A stretch of 64,000 bases of DNA from Octopus sinensis (Eukaryota), in NCBI RefSeq assembly GCF_006345805.1, contig NC_043009.1:71982001-72046000 (forward strand), read 5' to 3'. Below are positions 12,959 through 26,549 of the stretch, piece by piece. The stretch's first letter is position 1; every line of letters starts with the position of its first letter. A program made the translations under genes and the position numbers. The notes below the pieces were generated by a model that saw nothing but the letters and a program-made list of their open reading frames with translations, had not been told where the DNA came from and ran no database searches.

Positions 12959-14433
12959 CATCCCACACAAATACAGAAAGATTGTTTTTCTGGCAAACTA
13001 ATTTATATGTTTAATATATCATGCTAGTGTGCATGTGCGTGTGTGTAGTGGCAACAAGCAGTAACTGGTTCCTTGAGAGTTTGGTTGCTGTTGTTGTTGT
13101 TGTTCTTCTTCTTCTTTAGCCTCCAAGCAACCCTGATGGAGCAGGCTTAACGATTTTCATACTTAAGATCAAGCATATTTATGATTATTCTTAAGATGCT
13201 ATTTATGATTCCATTTGTGACTTAATTCCCCTTGACATATTTAAGACTACAATATTATTAATGTGTCATTTTCAAAAACAATAAATTGTGAGTATAGGTA
13301 GATTTGGTTGCTATTTCTGGAAGTTCAACTGACTGCATACCAGACAGTGAGGCTTGGAGCAGTTCTTCTATCTAGACAGCCTCTGTCAAACCGTCCAACC
13401 CATGCCAACATGGAAAACAGACTTTAAATGATGATGATGATGATGATTATGATGAAGATGATAAAGTAAAGAGAAGAGATGCAAAACAAGGGAAACTGTT
13501 AAGGGTAGAGTTGTGAGAAGGAACTAAAATCCATGGTTGAAGGGCTTATAGTGACGGACAACCAACATCAGTGTCAGGAGTTCAAATGCTACTACGGTAG
13601 CATTTGTATTTCATTTCACAGCATGGCATGACCACTTCTACTCCTACTCTGAGTAAACTAACTTGTACACTCTCTCTCTCTCTCTCTCTCTCCACAGTAA
13701 CCCCCTTCCCCCTCCCCCGTAACACCCTTTCATTCACCCCCAACCCATCCGTCTCTCTCTTGTTGAATGCCATCAAACACTATCGACAGATCTACCCCAC
13801 CCACAAAGGTCTGTGTGACCCAAGGCTGCAATCCACATTTAGGTCACGTTTTACAATAAATTATGGGATCTTTTATCTTGTACTTGTTTTAGTTATTGGG
13901 CTGTGGCCAGGCTGGTGCACCACCCGGAAACGTTTGATCAAACAAATCAACACCTATTCTTGTTTTTGTTTTTTTGGTTTTTTTTTACCTTAGCCTGATA
14001 CTTATTCCAAGTAAAACTCTTAGCACGTGGCCACACCTGCACTTATCACAGATTAAGGTGCAGTAAATGAATGATAAGAAGGAGCAGCAGCAGCATGCAC
14101 TGATGTAGGCAAGAGGAATGTTCAGAAGTGGTGGTCGTGGGTTGATGTGCTATGGCAGCAATTGAATACTGAGAAATGGTTTGTATGAACAGCATTCACA
14201 CACCCACACACATATGGAACACACCCATCTTTACGCATTTCAGCTTATTTATGGACCAAGGAAGTGCCTTTGTGTGTGTGATGGTGTGTATAGATATTAC
14301 AACACAGTTATGTATGCATATTCAGAACACTGAAATATATTTGTTTAAACACACATTTTATCAGTGTTAAATATGTTTTAAAGCAAATCTACTAAATACC
14401 AAAGTATTATTAGTGTTTGCACTGTGGCTGATA

Positions 14434-14468
<35 letters not shown>

Positions 14469-15099
14469 CATACACATCTCTCTCCCTCTCTTTCTCTCTC
14501 ACTCATATATATATATATACACACACACACACATATATATAAATATATATGTATACATATATGTATGTGTGTGTGGTGTATATGTATGTATGAACATACA
14601 TGTATGTGTGTATATGTGTGCATATGCGGATTCTATGAATGAAGTATTACTTTCACCATGCCTATTGGAGTACTTTCCCTTTATTCAATAGTGTTTTTTT
14701 TACATAGCGTTTTGTCTTAATAAGTGATGAGATGCCAGAGCAGACTTCAGCCCCAGCAGCCGAAACTCTGATTTTTATTATGACAACCAACTAATTGTAC
14801 CCTATAATATTTATAGATGAATTCCTCTATTTACATAATATCGAGGTCTCATTCATTCTTTTGTTGTCATATTATCATTATTAATATTTATATATATATA
14901 TATATATATAAAATCATCGTTTTTTAACATCCGCTTTCCATGTTTTATATATATATATATATAAAACATGGAAAGCGGATGTTGAAAAACGATGAATTTT
15001 ATGAATTTTAACAAACTTTAAATGCAAACCTAGCCTCTTCTATGGTCTGCCAAAAATTCATAAAAGCCAAATTATAAATGAAACCATTAAAAAATCACC

Positions 15100-15954
15100 A
15101 TGACATACATACACACACCTAACCCAGGGGACCTAAAACTACGACCCATTGTAGCTGGCCCAACCTGTGAAACACACAGACTAAGTCTATTTATGGACAT
15201 CCTCCTGAAACCCTTCCTTAAACATATCGATAGCCATATCAGAGATGACTTAGATATGTTAAACCACCTTCCAAAAAAAGACAAGGAAGAAACAATCATG
15301 GTTTTATTTGATGTAGTTAGCTTATATACCAGTATACCTCATAATTATGGACTAGAGGCAATACAGTTCTGGCTGGACCAATTTCCGGAAGAAATATCAA
15401 AAAGGATCAGTAAAGAATTCATTACTAAATCAATTGAATTCATCCTACATAATAACCACTTCATGTTTGACAATACATTTTACCGTCAAAGATACGGAAT
15501 TGCTATGAGTACAAGGGCAGCACCAGTCATTGCGAACCTAACAATGGGCTACCTGGAAATAATCATTTACCAGGAATCTTTATCAATCTTTGGAAACCCC
15601 CTCTCTCAATACATAAAAGAGAATTGGAAACGATTCCTGGACGATTGTTTTATACTCTGGAATGAAAACACAGATAAACTCCTAAAATTTAAAAACCTAT
15701 TGAACAGCATAAACCCAAATATACAGTTCACAATGGAATACAACAAAAAGGAGCTCCCATTCTTGGATATACTAATTAAAAAAATTAACCTTAAAATAGA
15801 AACAGACATTTTTTACAAAGCCACAGACGCCAAACAATACCTTCTTTTTGATTCATGCCACCCAAGACACACTAAAACAAACATCCCCTTCAACCTTGCA
15901 AGAAGGAAGAAGGATATGCACAATAGTGTCAGAACAAAATACCAGGAACTTTAG
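15100..15954 (+). pseudogene. Penelope-type reverse transcriptase fragment
   Basis: 284-aa ORF with the RT catalytic FLDD motif. The frame is broken by a 7-bp duplication at 15901-15914. Confidence 0.9.
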
Positions 15955-16304
15955 ACTGCAAGAACTCAAAAACACCCTAATTGACAGACATTACCCAGCT
16001 CAACTCATAGAGGATGGGATCAGACGTGCAACAGAAATCAACATAGAAACTTTAAGAAAAGTTCAACACAACAACACACCTTCCCCAAAAATACTATTTT
16101 ACATATCCACATACAATCCCAGAAACAAAGAAGCCTTCACCATCATCACCCAGAATTTACCAATACTTCATAAGGACCCCAAATTAAAGGAAATTCTAAA
16201 CATACACCAAATCATTAAAAGCTACAAACAACCTAAATCACTTAAAAAGATTCTCACAAAGGCAAAATTGTTTTCTGAAATTACGGATGCAAAAGTAAAA
16301 AAAA

Positions 16305-16742
16305 TGTGGTAGACCGAACTGTGCAACATGTCCAAACCTGCTAAAAGGATCAGAATTCCTCTTCAAAGAGGGACAGAAATTCAAGATCAAATCTAATTTT
16401 ACTTGTGCCTCTGAAAACATAATTTATGTCATAAAATGCTCGGGCTGCCACCAAGACTACGTGGGATCCACGGGACTATCACTCAGACGTAGATGCACAC
16501 TGCATCGAGAACAGATTGCATTCCCAGAATACAGAATGATACCCTTTAGTGAGCACATTGAGAAATGCGCAAAGCAACTACTACCACAATTTTTAATCTT
16601 TCCATTCTACCAATGTGCTATCGGAACACCAACACAAATTAGACTAAACAAGGAAACATTCTTCATTGAAAAATACAAGCCCAAACTTAACCATTCCAAC
16701 ATACTTATACAGAGAAACTCAATCCAAAAGAAAGCCAAATAA
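16305..16742 (+). pseudogene. GIY-YIG endonuclease with preceding Cys-rich linker (frameshifted from RT)
   Basis: The frame upstream of ORF 16461..16742 reads CGRPNCATCPNLL...NIIYVIKCSGCHQDYVGSTG. Confidence 0.85.
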
Positions 16743-16988
16743 TTTTAAGCGATTATCTCCCTTACACCGGAAGAAATCACTTATTACCTCCCCTTATCTA
16801 GATCTCCGCTCAACGTAAATGTAACGATTTAAGAAATTTGAAAAGCTGAACGCAAAACCGGTCATTTCTTCTAAAGTATGTCATTGTATGAAAAAAATTG
16901 ATAACATTCTTCAGACATATTGACTCAAATATATATTTTTTAACCTTTTAAAACAAGCCTTCTGTAGTTTTTTCACTTTTTACTATTT

Positions 16989-17043
<55 letters not shown>

Positions 17044-17048
17044 ATGTA

Positions 17049-17188
<140 letters not shown>

Positions 17189-17311
17189 TATAATTTCAGC
17201 AAAAACAATTAAGATCCAAGTGAATTCCAATGAATTCAAATGAATATGGTACTTAACTTAGATGCACCAGAATTGTTTATGGTATTAACCATAAAAAATG
17301 TGTGGTGATTA

Positions 17312-17974
17312 TAACCAAGAAAAAAGCAACAAGAATGGATAAGTAGTTTAGTACAATTGTTTCATACCAAGTGGGAGTGTCTCAGTTCATAGCTGGTGGT
17401 GGTCAAACTTTTATAAATCTAAGATTCCTTCAACACTGACCTAGATTTTCTCTCACCACAGAAATAAACTAACCTTTGCCTGTGGTATATCTATGCCTTC
17501 TTACTCCCCTACTATCTTCCTCCCATAATGTCCTTTATTTGGAATGAATCTGCTTCGCTGACTTTCTTACTACTACAACCAAATTCTGTTTGCAACAGCT
17601 TAGTTGTGAAATGAACCGCTGTGTGATCAACAGCTTTCATCATGTCTCCGGAAATTATATCTGCAATTTTATGGATGGATTCACCTTCTCCGGGAAGTTA
17701 ACAATCTTTTTAAAAACTTTTTATAAAACTGTGCATCATTAGAAAGCAATTTGAGTCTGCTTATAATTTGACTTTAAATTTCATAGAACTCACTCCTAAT
17801 ACTTCATGAGGATAGACACACTCTCTAGGATGTCTGGAAAACATATATGTGATTTAGCTGATGAATACTGGACATTTGTATTTGCTGCAATACATGCAGC
17901 TTTAAATAAAATTGTTCTTGGTATGAAACAATTGTACTAAACTACTTATCCATTCTTGTTGCTTTTTTCTTGGT

Positions 17975-17976
<2 letters not shown>
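17312..17976. mobile_element. Non-autonomous Tc1/mariner-type DNA transposon, 60-bp perfect TIRs, TA target duplication
   Basis: 17312-17371 (TAACCAAGAAAAAAGCAAC...TCATACCAAG) is the exact reverse complement of 17917-17976. The element is flanked by TA on both sides and has no intact ORF inside. Confidence 0.85.
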
Positions 17977-18021
<45 letters not shown>

Positions 18022-18559
18022 CATACATACACACACACACACACACATACATTCATGTAAACAAATAAATTACAAAACAAGCATTAAAATAAATGTTGTC
18101 CCATAAATGATAATTATTCTTGTTGTACATTTTGTAATATCAGTGGAAGTATTCTACAGTTAATATCATAAAAACTTATTATTACTATTACAACTACATT
18201 AGCATTAAACTCCTCTAAAAGGTTTATTTCTGTTAGAATGCAAGTTCTATTATTAGTAACCAAGTTATAAGAAACAGCTGTTATTACCAATCTGTAGGCT
18301 AGATCTCGTGCTATTAGTGGAATCCATTCATGAGGAAAGCCCTTGTAGCTGGGGAGTGAGGTTGAGGGCAAGGAAAGGAACTTCCACCCCAGGTGATACT
18401 TTTATGCAGGTGCCAGTTTTGAATGTGCTGGGGGAGGAACATTAAGTGTTACCCCATACAACACTGACTCAGGTTAGGCCACTGGATTGCGCTGTTGTCT
18501 TCTTTGGCTTTTGGTGGTTAGAGTGAGCCATGCTTTATGGTGAACGAGACTGGAAGAAC

Positions 18560-19090
18560 TAGGGACACATTATCCCGGCCGTTTGCCAGCTCTGTCTGGC
18601 AACCGTGTCGGTGGCACGGGCCGTTTGCCAGCTCTGTCTGGCAACCATGTCGGTGGCACGTAAAAGCACCATCCGTTCACGTCCGTTGCCAGCCTCGGCT
18701 GGCACCCGTGCCGGTGACACATAAAAGCACCGTCCGTTCGTGGCCGTTTGCCAGCTCTGTCTGGGCCCGTGTCGGTGGCACGTAAAAGCACCATCCGTTC
18801 GTGTCCGTTGCCAGCATCGCCTGGCTCCGTGCCGGTGACACGTAAAAGCACCGTCCGTTCGTGGTCATTCGCCAGCTCTGTCTGGCACCTGTGCAGGTGG
18901 CACGTAAAAAACACCCACTACACTCGCGGAGTGGTTGGCGTTAGGAAGGGCATCCAGCCGTAGAAACACTGCCAGATCTGACTGGGCCTGACGAAGCCTT
19001 CCAGCTTCACAGACCCCAGTTGACCCGTCCAACCCATGCTAGCATGGAAAGCGGACGCTAAATGATGATGATGATGATGATGATGATGAT
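18560..19090 (+). mobile_element. RTE-tail repeat (SINE family B / RTE 3'UTR) with internal tandem ~60-bp units
   Basis: Repeated GGTGGCACGTAAAAGCACC units, then GTTGGCGTTAGGAAGGGCATCCAG...CCAACCCATGCTAGCATGGAAAGCGGACG(GAT)n. Confidence 0.9.
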
Positions 19091-19895
19091 TAATCCCCTT
19101 TCATTAATCCCCTTATCAACTCCCCATGAAATTGCTAAAATGTAGGAGAGTGGCAAGAATGGTTCAAGCAAAAGGGCTTACCATCAATATGTACCTGTTG
19201 GCAGGAAAACACAGCTGATAAGGGGCACTTGACCCTGAGAGCCAGGATAATCCTGGATTTGTGTGATTCCTTCATTGGCCCAAGGTGGACGTTGCTTTCC
19301 ATAACTACAATTTTTCATCTTTTACTTCATAACTCCAACATTTTTTTATATTTAATTCTTAACCCCCACCCCTCATCTATTAACCCTCATCTATTAATCA
19401 TAACCATTATCATTACTATTATTATTTATTTCAACAAACACTTTTCCATGCTTGCATAGATCAGACGGAATTTGCTGGGGCAGATTTTCTACGGCTGGGT
19501 GCCCTTGCTGTAGCCAACCCTCACTTGCCTTCAAGCACAGTAATATTACTCCATGGCTGGGTGTATTTTCACCTTAAATTGGAAAAGATTGGCACCAATA
19601 CTTAAATGATGGCCATGCTTATTTGCTGCTATCACATGATGTCACTACAGACACAAACACAAACATACAGACATGAATAACACACACATATACATACACA
19701 TAGGCATAAATACATACACACATGCACACACACACACATGCATATGTATGTACATATGTGTGTGTGCTTACATGTATTAATAGGTTTTACACACACCCAC
19801 ACATACATATATATATACCATATATATATAAGTATGTATGAGTAGGTATGTATATATAAAAATATGCATATGTATACATGTTTACACACATGTAC

Positions 19896-19948
<53 letters not shown>

Positions 19949-21759
19949 CTGTATATAAATAGATACATATACATATATAATATATATAAACCTATTGGTA
20001 CATGGATACACACACACACACACATGTAATGAGATATACATAGTCAAATGAAGGGAAAAAATAAACCATTGAATTAGTATATTTTGATGAAGTCAATTAA
20101 TAGAGTTTTCCCTCCTCCTCCTCCTCATCATCATCATCATCCTCTTACTACTACTTGACTTCCTCTTCATTTTCTCCCCCCCCCCATCCCAACAACCATC
20201 ACAGAGAAATAATCATAAATGACTTTGTATGGAATTTGAATATTGGCCTTTGGCATCATTTAAATGATTCTTCTTTTAACATTAAATGCCTACAACAAAG
20301 ATACACACACACACACATACCTATTTATCTATCTATCTATTTACACATACACACACACGCACACACACGCACACACAGATAGATAGAAATATACCAGAAA
20401 CACACATATACACACACCTATCTCTATATATAGATGAAGGTGTGTGTGTGTGTGCGTGTGCGCGCGTCAAACCCAGAATTATTTAGCCTGAAAGCTTCAT
20501 CAGAGATGATAGTGAAACTTTTAAATACATAAAACACAAAAAATACAAATAAAGAGAAAATACTCAAAGTGTAACAAGATGAAGAACACAATTATGAAAG
20601 TTAGCCAGGTGGATGGAGAGGTAAGTATGTTGGAAGGTAGGTAGGAAGTGTGGGTAGGGTTAGCAGAAAGGAATCACATGCCTGGCGTTAAGTGCAATGT
20701 ATGCAGTCCTTAAACAATGGTTAAATGTTCTGTGATAGCATAGCAGAGCTGACATCCAGACATTTACTGTTAGTATTTGGCATTGGTAAGAATGTCTGTC
20801 TTGTCAGGCTCAGACAGAACAACCCCAAACACCATTTATTTCAATTAATAATGTGAGAAAACTTCTGGAGTTTCACAGATTTAGCTTTTCCTAAGGGGGG
20901 GGGGGGTGCAGTGAAGCAGAAAGAGTAGAGACTGACAGCTACATGGTCCTGGCTGAAAAAGGTTGAACTGGATGTCCAGCTGATTAGGTCTGATAAATTA
21001 AGCAGATTAAGATGAAGAACAAAGGAGAGAGAGAAGGGAGTAAAGACTGAAACAAGAGTAACTGATGTATATGAAGCATATTTACTGAGAAGTAACTACA
21101 ATGTATGAAGTGCTGTGAGTGAATTAGCAGTCATAAGAATATATTAGCAGTCATAAGAATATATAGGAGAATGCTTTAGAATATTTGTTTCAGTTGTCTG
21201 TGCTCAGAACTGGTTATGTTGTGTGGTATAAATGTTATGGAGTCATGCACATTGCTCCATCCTCTAAGAATAGAAAAGGGTTGAATTAGGGCCTAGAAAA
21301 CTAAGAACTGTTCAAGGGTAGACATCAAAGAGCAGTAAGGAATGGTTCAAGAAATCTTACAACGTCTTTGGGGAACAACATTACAATAACAACAACAATA
21401 AAAAGAATTTAAGTAGAGTATAGATATAATTGATTGATGGAGTTGTATGTCTTGTTTTTCCCTTTCTCTTTTCCTTTTTGTCATTTTCTTGATAAAATTA
21501 TAAATCTGAGTACCATTCCCTATAACCATTGCTGAATATTCTGTATTGATGGAAAATAACTGGTTAGTTTCTGCATATCGTTTTTATAAAAAGTTTTGAT
21601 GAAGCAATTTTTATGGATGCTGCCCAGCATATACGACCGGATCGTAAATGACAGACAAGTTTACAAACATGACGCAAGATTGGTCACCATGGAACTGTTG
21701 AAACAATAGATGCAAACACACACAACCTACCTACCTACCTACCTAAGATACTCAGATGA

Positions 21760-21910
21760 AATCTTAGATTTATAAAAGTTTGACCACCACCAGCTATGAA
21801 CTGAGACACTCCCACAAGGCTGAAGGAGGGAAGGCAAGACACTGTGTGTCCTTATGACTACACAAGCCCCAAGAACGGTTACTGAAAGTATGGTACAAGC
21901 TACCAAGTCA
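21760..21910. mobile_element. Isolated internal fragment of the 17312-17976 transposon family
   Basis: ATCTTAGATTTATAAAAGTTTGACCACCACCAGCTATGAACTGAGACACTCCCAC is the reverse complement of ~17372-17425. Confidence 0.75.
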
Positions 21911-22894
21911 TAGTCATTTGTGTGTGATGGATAAACTAGGTGTGTGTGTGTGCACATGCGCAAGTGTGTGTGTGTGCATGTGCGCAAGTGTGTGCATATG
22001 CGCACGTGTGTGCACGCATGCATGCATGTGTGTGTGCATGAGTGTGCAAGTGTGTGTGTAAATATGAGTGTGTGTGTGCGTATGTGTGTGTGTACGTGTG
22101 AGTGTGTGTGCGCATGTGAGTGTGTGTGTGTGCGAGTGTGAGTGCATGTGTATAAGCGTGTATGTGCATGTGTGTATGAATGTGTGCGTGTATACATATA
22201 TATACACACACACACACACATATATGTATATGTGTGTCTTCAAAATGGAGATAGTTAAAAGCTCAGGGATATTCCTTGCCAATAATAATCTGAAAGTTAT
22301 CAGAAGAACAACAAAAGCCATTACTGAGATCTCTTAATAATTAATTTAGCTGATCGAGATTTCTAAGATAGATTGCCAGTGCAATTCAGTAAAGGAATCT
22401 CAGTTACCATAATTTGGCTCATGTTCATTTATTTGTGGAATATGGGAAGGAGAAAAATAAAGCATAAAAAAGAAATAAAATTCCAGAAAGATACAAAAAA
22501 AGAGCACCAATTAAATATTACAGAGGGAAAAGAAAGACAAGAAACAAAGGAAAAAACTGAAAACAAAAACAAGAAGAAAATTCCAACTTTAGCAGAGTAT
22601 AGCCTCCACTCCACGTTTTCAAGTGAATAAGTTGGTCGGCAGTAGAATATCTGTGGATGAAAATGAGGAATTGTTTAGAGTAGATTGAGGCATTGGTTTG
22701 TAGCAAATTAAGCAGCATGAAGAGAATTCTCAGAGAATTCTGATGTGTCTAAAAGTAGCAGATAAGTAAAAGAAGTAACGAAATAGTAAAAGAAGGGTAA
22801 GGGCAAAGTCTTAGATATAGATTTCAAATTCCTGACAAGTCTAAACTTTCTCTGTATTACGGTTACCGTAATGTAAACAAGATGTGTGTGTGTG

Positions 22895-23008
22895 AGAGAG
22901 AGAGAGAGAGAAAGAGAGTGAGAGAGAAAGAGAGTGAGAGAGAAAGAGAGTGAGAGAGAAAGAGAGTGAGAGAGAAAGAGAGTGAGAGAGAAAGAGAGTG
23001 AGAGAGAG
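22895..23008. repeat. 14-bp (GAGAGAAAGAGAGT)n tandem repeat
   Basis: Direct observation. Confidence 0.85.
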
Positions 23009-23526
23009 TGGCGTTTCTCCATGAATGCAAAGCATGCAAAACATGCCAAAGACTAAGAAGTGAATGCAAATAACAAATATGATATTAATATAAAATCTTC
23101 CAAGTGACAACTTGAAAGCTGGTACCTACATGCTTCTACATATATATATATATAAACACACACACACACACACATGCAGAGTACTTCACTGAAATGGTTT
23201 TTGATTTTTAAAAATGCATGCTGTGGTGTGGGGGGGGGGGCGTTTGTATGTTTGGTAGAAATGGAACTCAATGCATAAAAGTAGAAAATGTATAAAATTC
23301 TTTGTCAGCAACAAAAGCTACCAAAGTCATTCAAATGCTTTGAGTCTTGTGTAAGATAGGAAGTTCATAAAATTTGCTTTATATTATCTTGAAATTATGC
23401 TATACATACATTCATGTGCATGTGTGTGTATGCATCTACTTATGTATGTATGTATGCACATATGTAAATATGTGTGTATCTATGGATATAGACAGGCATG
23501 CATGCATGTGTGTGTGTATGTATATA

Positions 23527-23568
<42 letters not shown>

Positions 23569-25513
23569 ATCCTATACAAGGCCGCCAAAACAGCCGAGAG
23601 GAAGAATATCCTCAAACCAAAGAACTGGCCTGAATGTTTGCACCACAGAGTAGCCTCCCCTAATGGCACCTAAGGGTTAGGGTTAGGTGCCAAATGGTGG
23701 GAAACAAATACCACAAAGCATTTGGTCTGATATTCCTGCATTTCATTAATCCAATGGAAAGAAAGGTAAGGTTCATCTTGAAGAGCTCTGAATGCAGAGC
23801 TCAGAGGCAGAATAAATACTGCAAGATATTCTATCTGATGGTCTAATGGTTCTGCCAATTTCAATACAGGGTCACATTAATCACAATGACATTTTTTTAA
23901 GACACTAGGGTAGAATTTAAAAGAATTTGGCTGCTTTTTTATTTTTATTGAAGGTGAAGTAACTATGTAGAGATTCCTGAATGGCTTACATTGAGTTGCC
24001 AGTTGACAGAGATATTACAACTAAACATAATAACCAGAGGATTCCAAACCCCAGAACATTTTCTCCCTTTTATTGCACAAGTTCTTGTCACCTCAATGCA
24101 CAATTGAAACTGTGTTACACTAAGAGCAAACAGTCAAGTTTATTGATAGTAAATTGATTTCCAGACGAGTGTAGATGTCTTTGTCCATCATAATTATAAC
24201 AACAGTGATGTTTATGAGTTTGGATAAGTTCATATTCTGCGGAGAGAAGAGGAATTACCCATTTCTGCACTGACCCTTAATCTGAGAAGAAAAATCTTAC
24301 TTCTCAAATGCAGGGGCAGTTTTCCTTATCAGGTTCTCCTCATGTTTTATAAATTTATCTAAACTCATGAAGTTCCCTGTATAATATTTTCTAATACAGT
24401 CTGTCACCAGTTTCCATGGACTTTGTTTTTCACAAATTATAAGAAAAACTTTTCCATCTTGGAGTTTATTCAGAACATTTTAAATCCACTCAGTAGTTCG
24501 AAACCTTGGATGTTATATTAAAGTTTATCACAGCAACCCTGACTTTTAAAAGAAAATGGTCTTTTGGACACAATAACAAAATGGACTTGGTATTCTGTTG
24601 AACTTCTCACCCCAAGAGATCCCTTAACTTCCAAACCTATCCTTACTGTCATTTCCTACTCCTTTCTGCAACATTTTCCAATTCCTCTAATTCAACAATA
24701 TTGGTTTCTAGTAAAGTGTAAGCCATCACAATCGAATTGCTCTGTGTCTTGGCAAAAGAGTCACTTTTCATTCCAATAGTTTGAGAATTAGTACAAAAGG
24801 ATGAAAGCCATATGTTTTTGTCATATATAAAACTGGTTTCCATTCAAAATATTTTTAAAATCAAGATCTGAGACAACTGAACCTCTTAACTGCTAAATGA
24901 AGTCTAGCAATTTGCTGAGACAACAAGTGGCATTACTGTTGCTGTCAACAGGTGACAACTGAGTTGTATTTTCGTCATGTGCAATGTCAAAAATGCAGTA
25001 TTTTTCTGCCATCACTTCATATATAATATTTTAAACACATTATCTTTTACTTATCCATGATAGCTGTGCTATTAATGTATTAATGAGTAATTAGTATTAA
25101 TGAACAATTAGTGTATGTTTAATGAATCCCTTTTTGTTTTCAACAAAGCAAGCAACCATGGTAATGAGTTTGAATTTTTATACAGTAACAAAAAAAAATC
25201 AGTGCAAAGAAAGGGAGACAATTAGGAGCCGCAACAGCCATTTGCATGAAGCTTCTCTTGTGCAACGAGAAGTTGCACTTTGCAAAATGAATATAGAACA
25301 GAAAGCATTGGTGACTCTTGAATCCCCGACTGTAGTTGGCAATGAATATTTCAGACACAGCAAAATATCATTCCTTATATAAATTCTTTGGAAAAAAATA
25401 TGAAGGAAGGAAAATATGATTTATGTAAGTGAAATTATATTGTTGATATGATATATACACCATCTTATATAAAAGTACAACTGTCAAGAGAGATAAAGCA
25501 ATAATTTGCCTAT

Positions 25514-25556
<43 letters not shown>

Positions 25557-25699
25557 CATATACATAATCATTTTACATCTTTTGATAGTTGTACTTTTGA
25601 ATATTGAAGAATTAATCAAATATGCTATTTCCTTGCATTGAATCATCTATTGTCAAATGGGTTGGTGCCAAAATGGGTTTGGCACCAAAACAGGTAAGA

Positions 25700-26500
25700 G
25701 TGAGAGTCAGTGAGTCTGTAACAGATTCAAGTGGAAAGGATGATGAAGTCAATAGAAAGAGGAAGTTAACAGTGGTTATGGAGGTGGTGGTGGCGTGTAA
25801 GGAATGGTGGAAGGAATTGGTGAGAGCATTGGAGTTTAGCTGATTGCTGTTAAGGGAGGCAGGCCGATACAGCTGTCATAGCAAAAAAACAGAAAAGCTG
25901 TAATGTTGGGTCCAGTGAACTTGAAGATTTTCAAAGTAACTGATAGATAGATTGGTGTAGCTCAAGCTATTCTAATAAGCTGCTGGTGTTAGTCTGAGGA
26001 AGAACAGAAGCAGTTGTAGTTGAGAATGACTAGTGGAAGGGAAAGGAGAGCGGAGGGGTTGGGTTTGAGCAGGGTGCTGTCATCCGACACAATTATGGGT
26101 AAAGTGCCCAACATAATGTCCAATGACCGAAGAGAGGAACTTGAAAGACATGATGAGAAAAGAGTTGGTAGGGGATAGGGTGGAGAGAGGTTTTGAATAA
26201 AATTAAAGGTGTGGTTGGGATCATGGATGTGGGATAGAAGGGTTGTAATGAAGGGTGAGAAGAGCTGGTTGAAGTACTTGGAGACTAATTCAGTGGACCC
26301 TGTAACAGATGTAGACAATGGGGAAGTGGGAACTAAGGTGAGGTAGTCTTATAAATTTGGGGCAAAGGGGGGGGGGCAGATGGTAAGAGATGAAATGAGA
26401 TGGTGTATGGAAGTGGTTGTTAGTTGTTAATAGGAGTGGGGTGCAAGAGGACAACTGACCATAGAATATGAAGTTAAGGAGCTGTTATATAAGACTTGTA
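25700..26500 (-). mobile_element. Degenerate Penelope-type RT remnant
   Basis: ORF 25989..26318 (GSTELVSKYFNQLFSPFITTLLSHIHDPNHTFNFIQNL...) resembles the PLE RT segment GSxTExISxxLDxxLxP...SYIxDTxHFL. Confidence 0.5.
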
Positions 26501-26549
26501 GAGGAGGTTAGACAGCATAACACCAGCATTGCTGATTGGTTTGATGACA

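Larger units (their letters stand above)
15005..16960 (+). mobile_element. Penelope-like element, Neptune-type (RT + Cys-rich linker + GIY-YIG), 5'-truncated and frameshifted
   Basis: Motifs FYGLPKIHK (15038), LRPIVAG, FDVVSLYTSIPH, YRQRYGIAMSTRAAP, WKRFLDDCF, LPFLDI and TDIFYK. After a frameshift it reads CGRPNCATC...IYVIKCSGCHQDYVGSTG...HREQI (GIY-YIG), with a stop at 16742. Confidence 0.93.

Noticed and set aside
14728-14775. GTGATGA...GCAGCCGAAACTC hammerhead-like motif
   Set aside because: G3 faces G8, stem II is mismatched, and stems I and III do not form in register.
18575-18910. CRISPR-like array of GGTGGCACGTAAAAGCACC repeats with spacers (also at 36020, 52380, 53400, 63280)
   Set aside because: The spacers are homologous to each other, the array is part of a eukaryotic RTE 3'UTR, and there are no cas genes.
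19210-19255. CTGATAA-GGGG...CCCT-GAGA hammerhead-like motif
   Set aside because: It has two core mismatches and no stem I or III.
20480-20530. TTCATCAG and GAAAC near each other
   Set aside because: G12 is missing on the minus strand and no consistent stems form.
23673-23688. TTAGGG telomere-like repeats (also ~31375)
   Set aside because: Only about two units are present, which is not significant.
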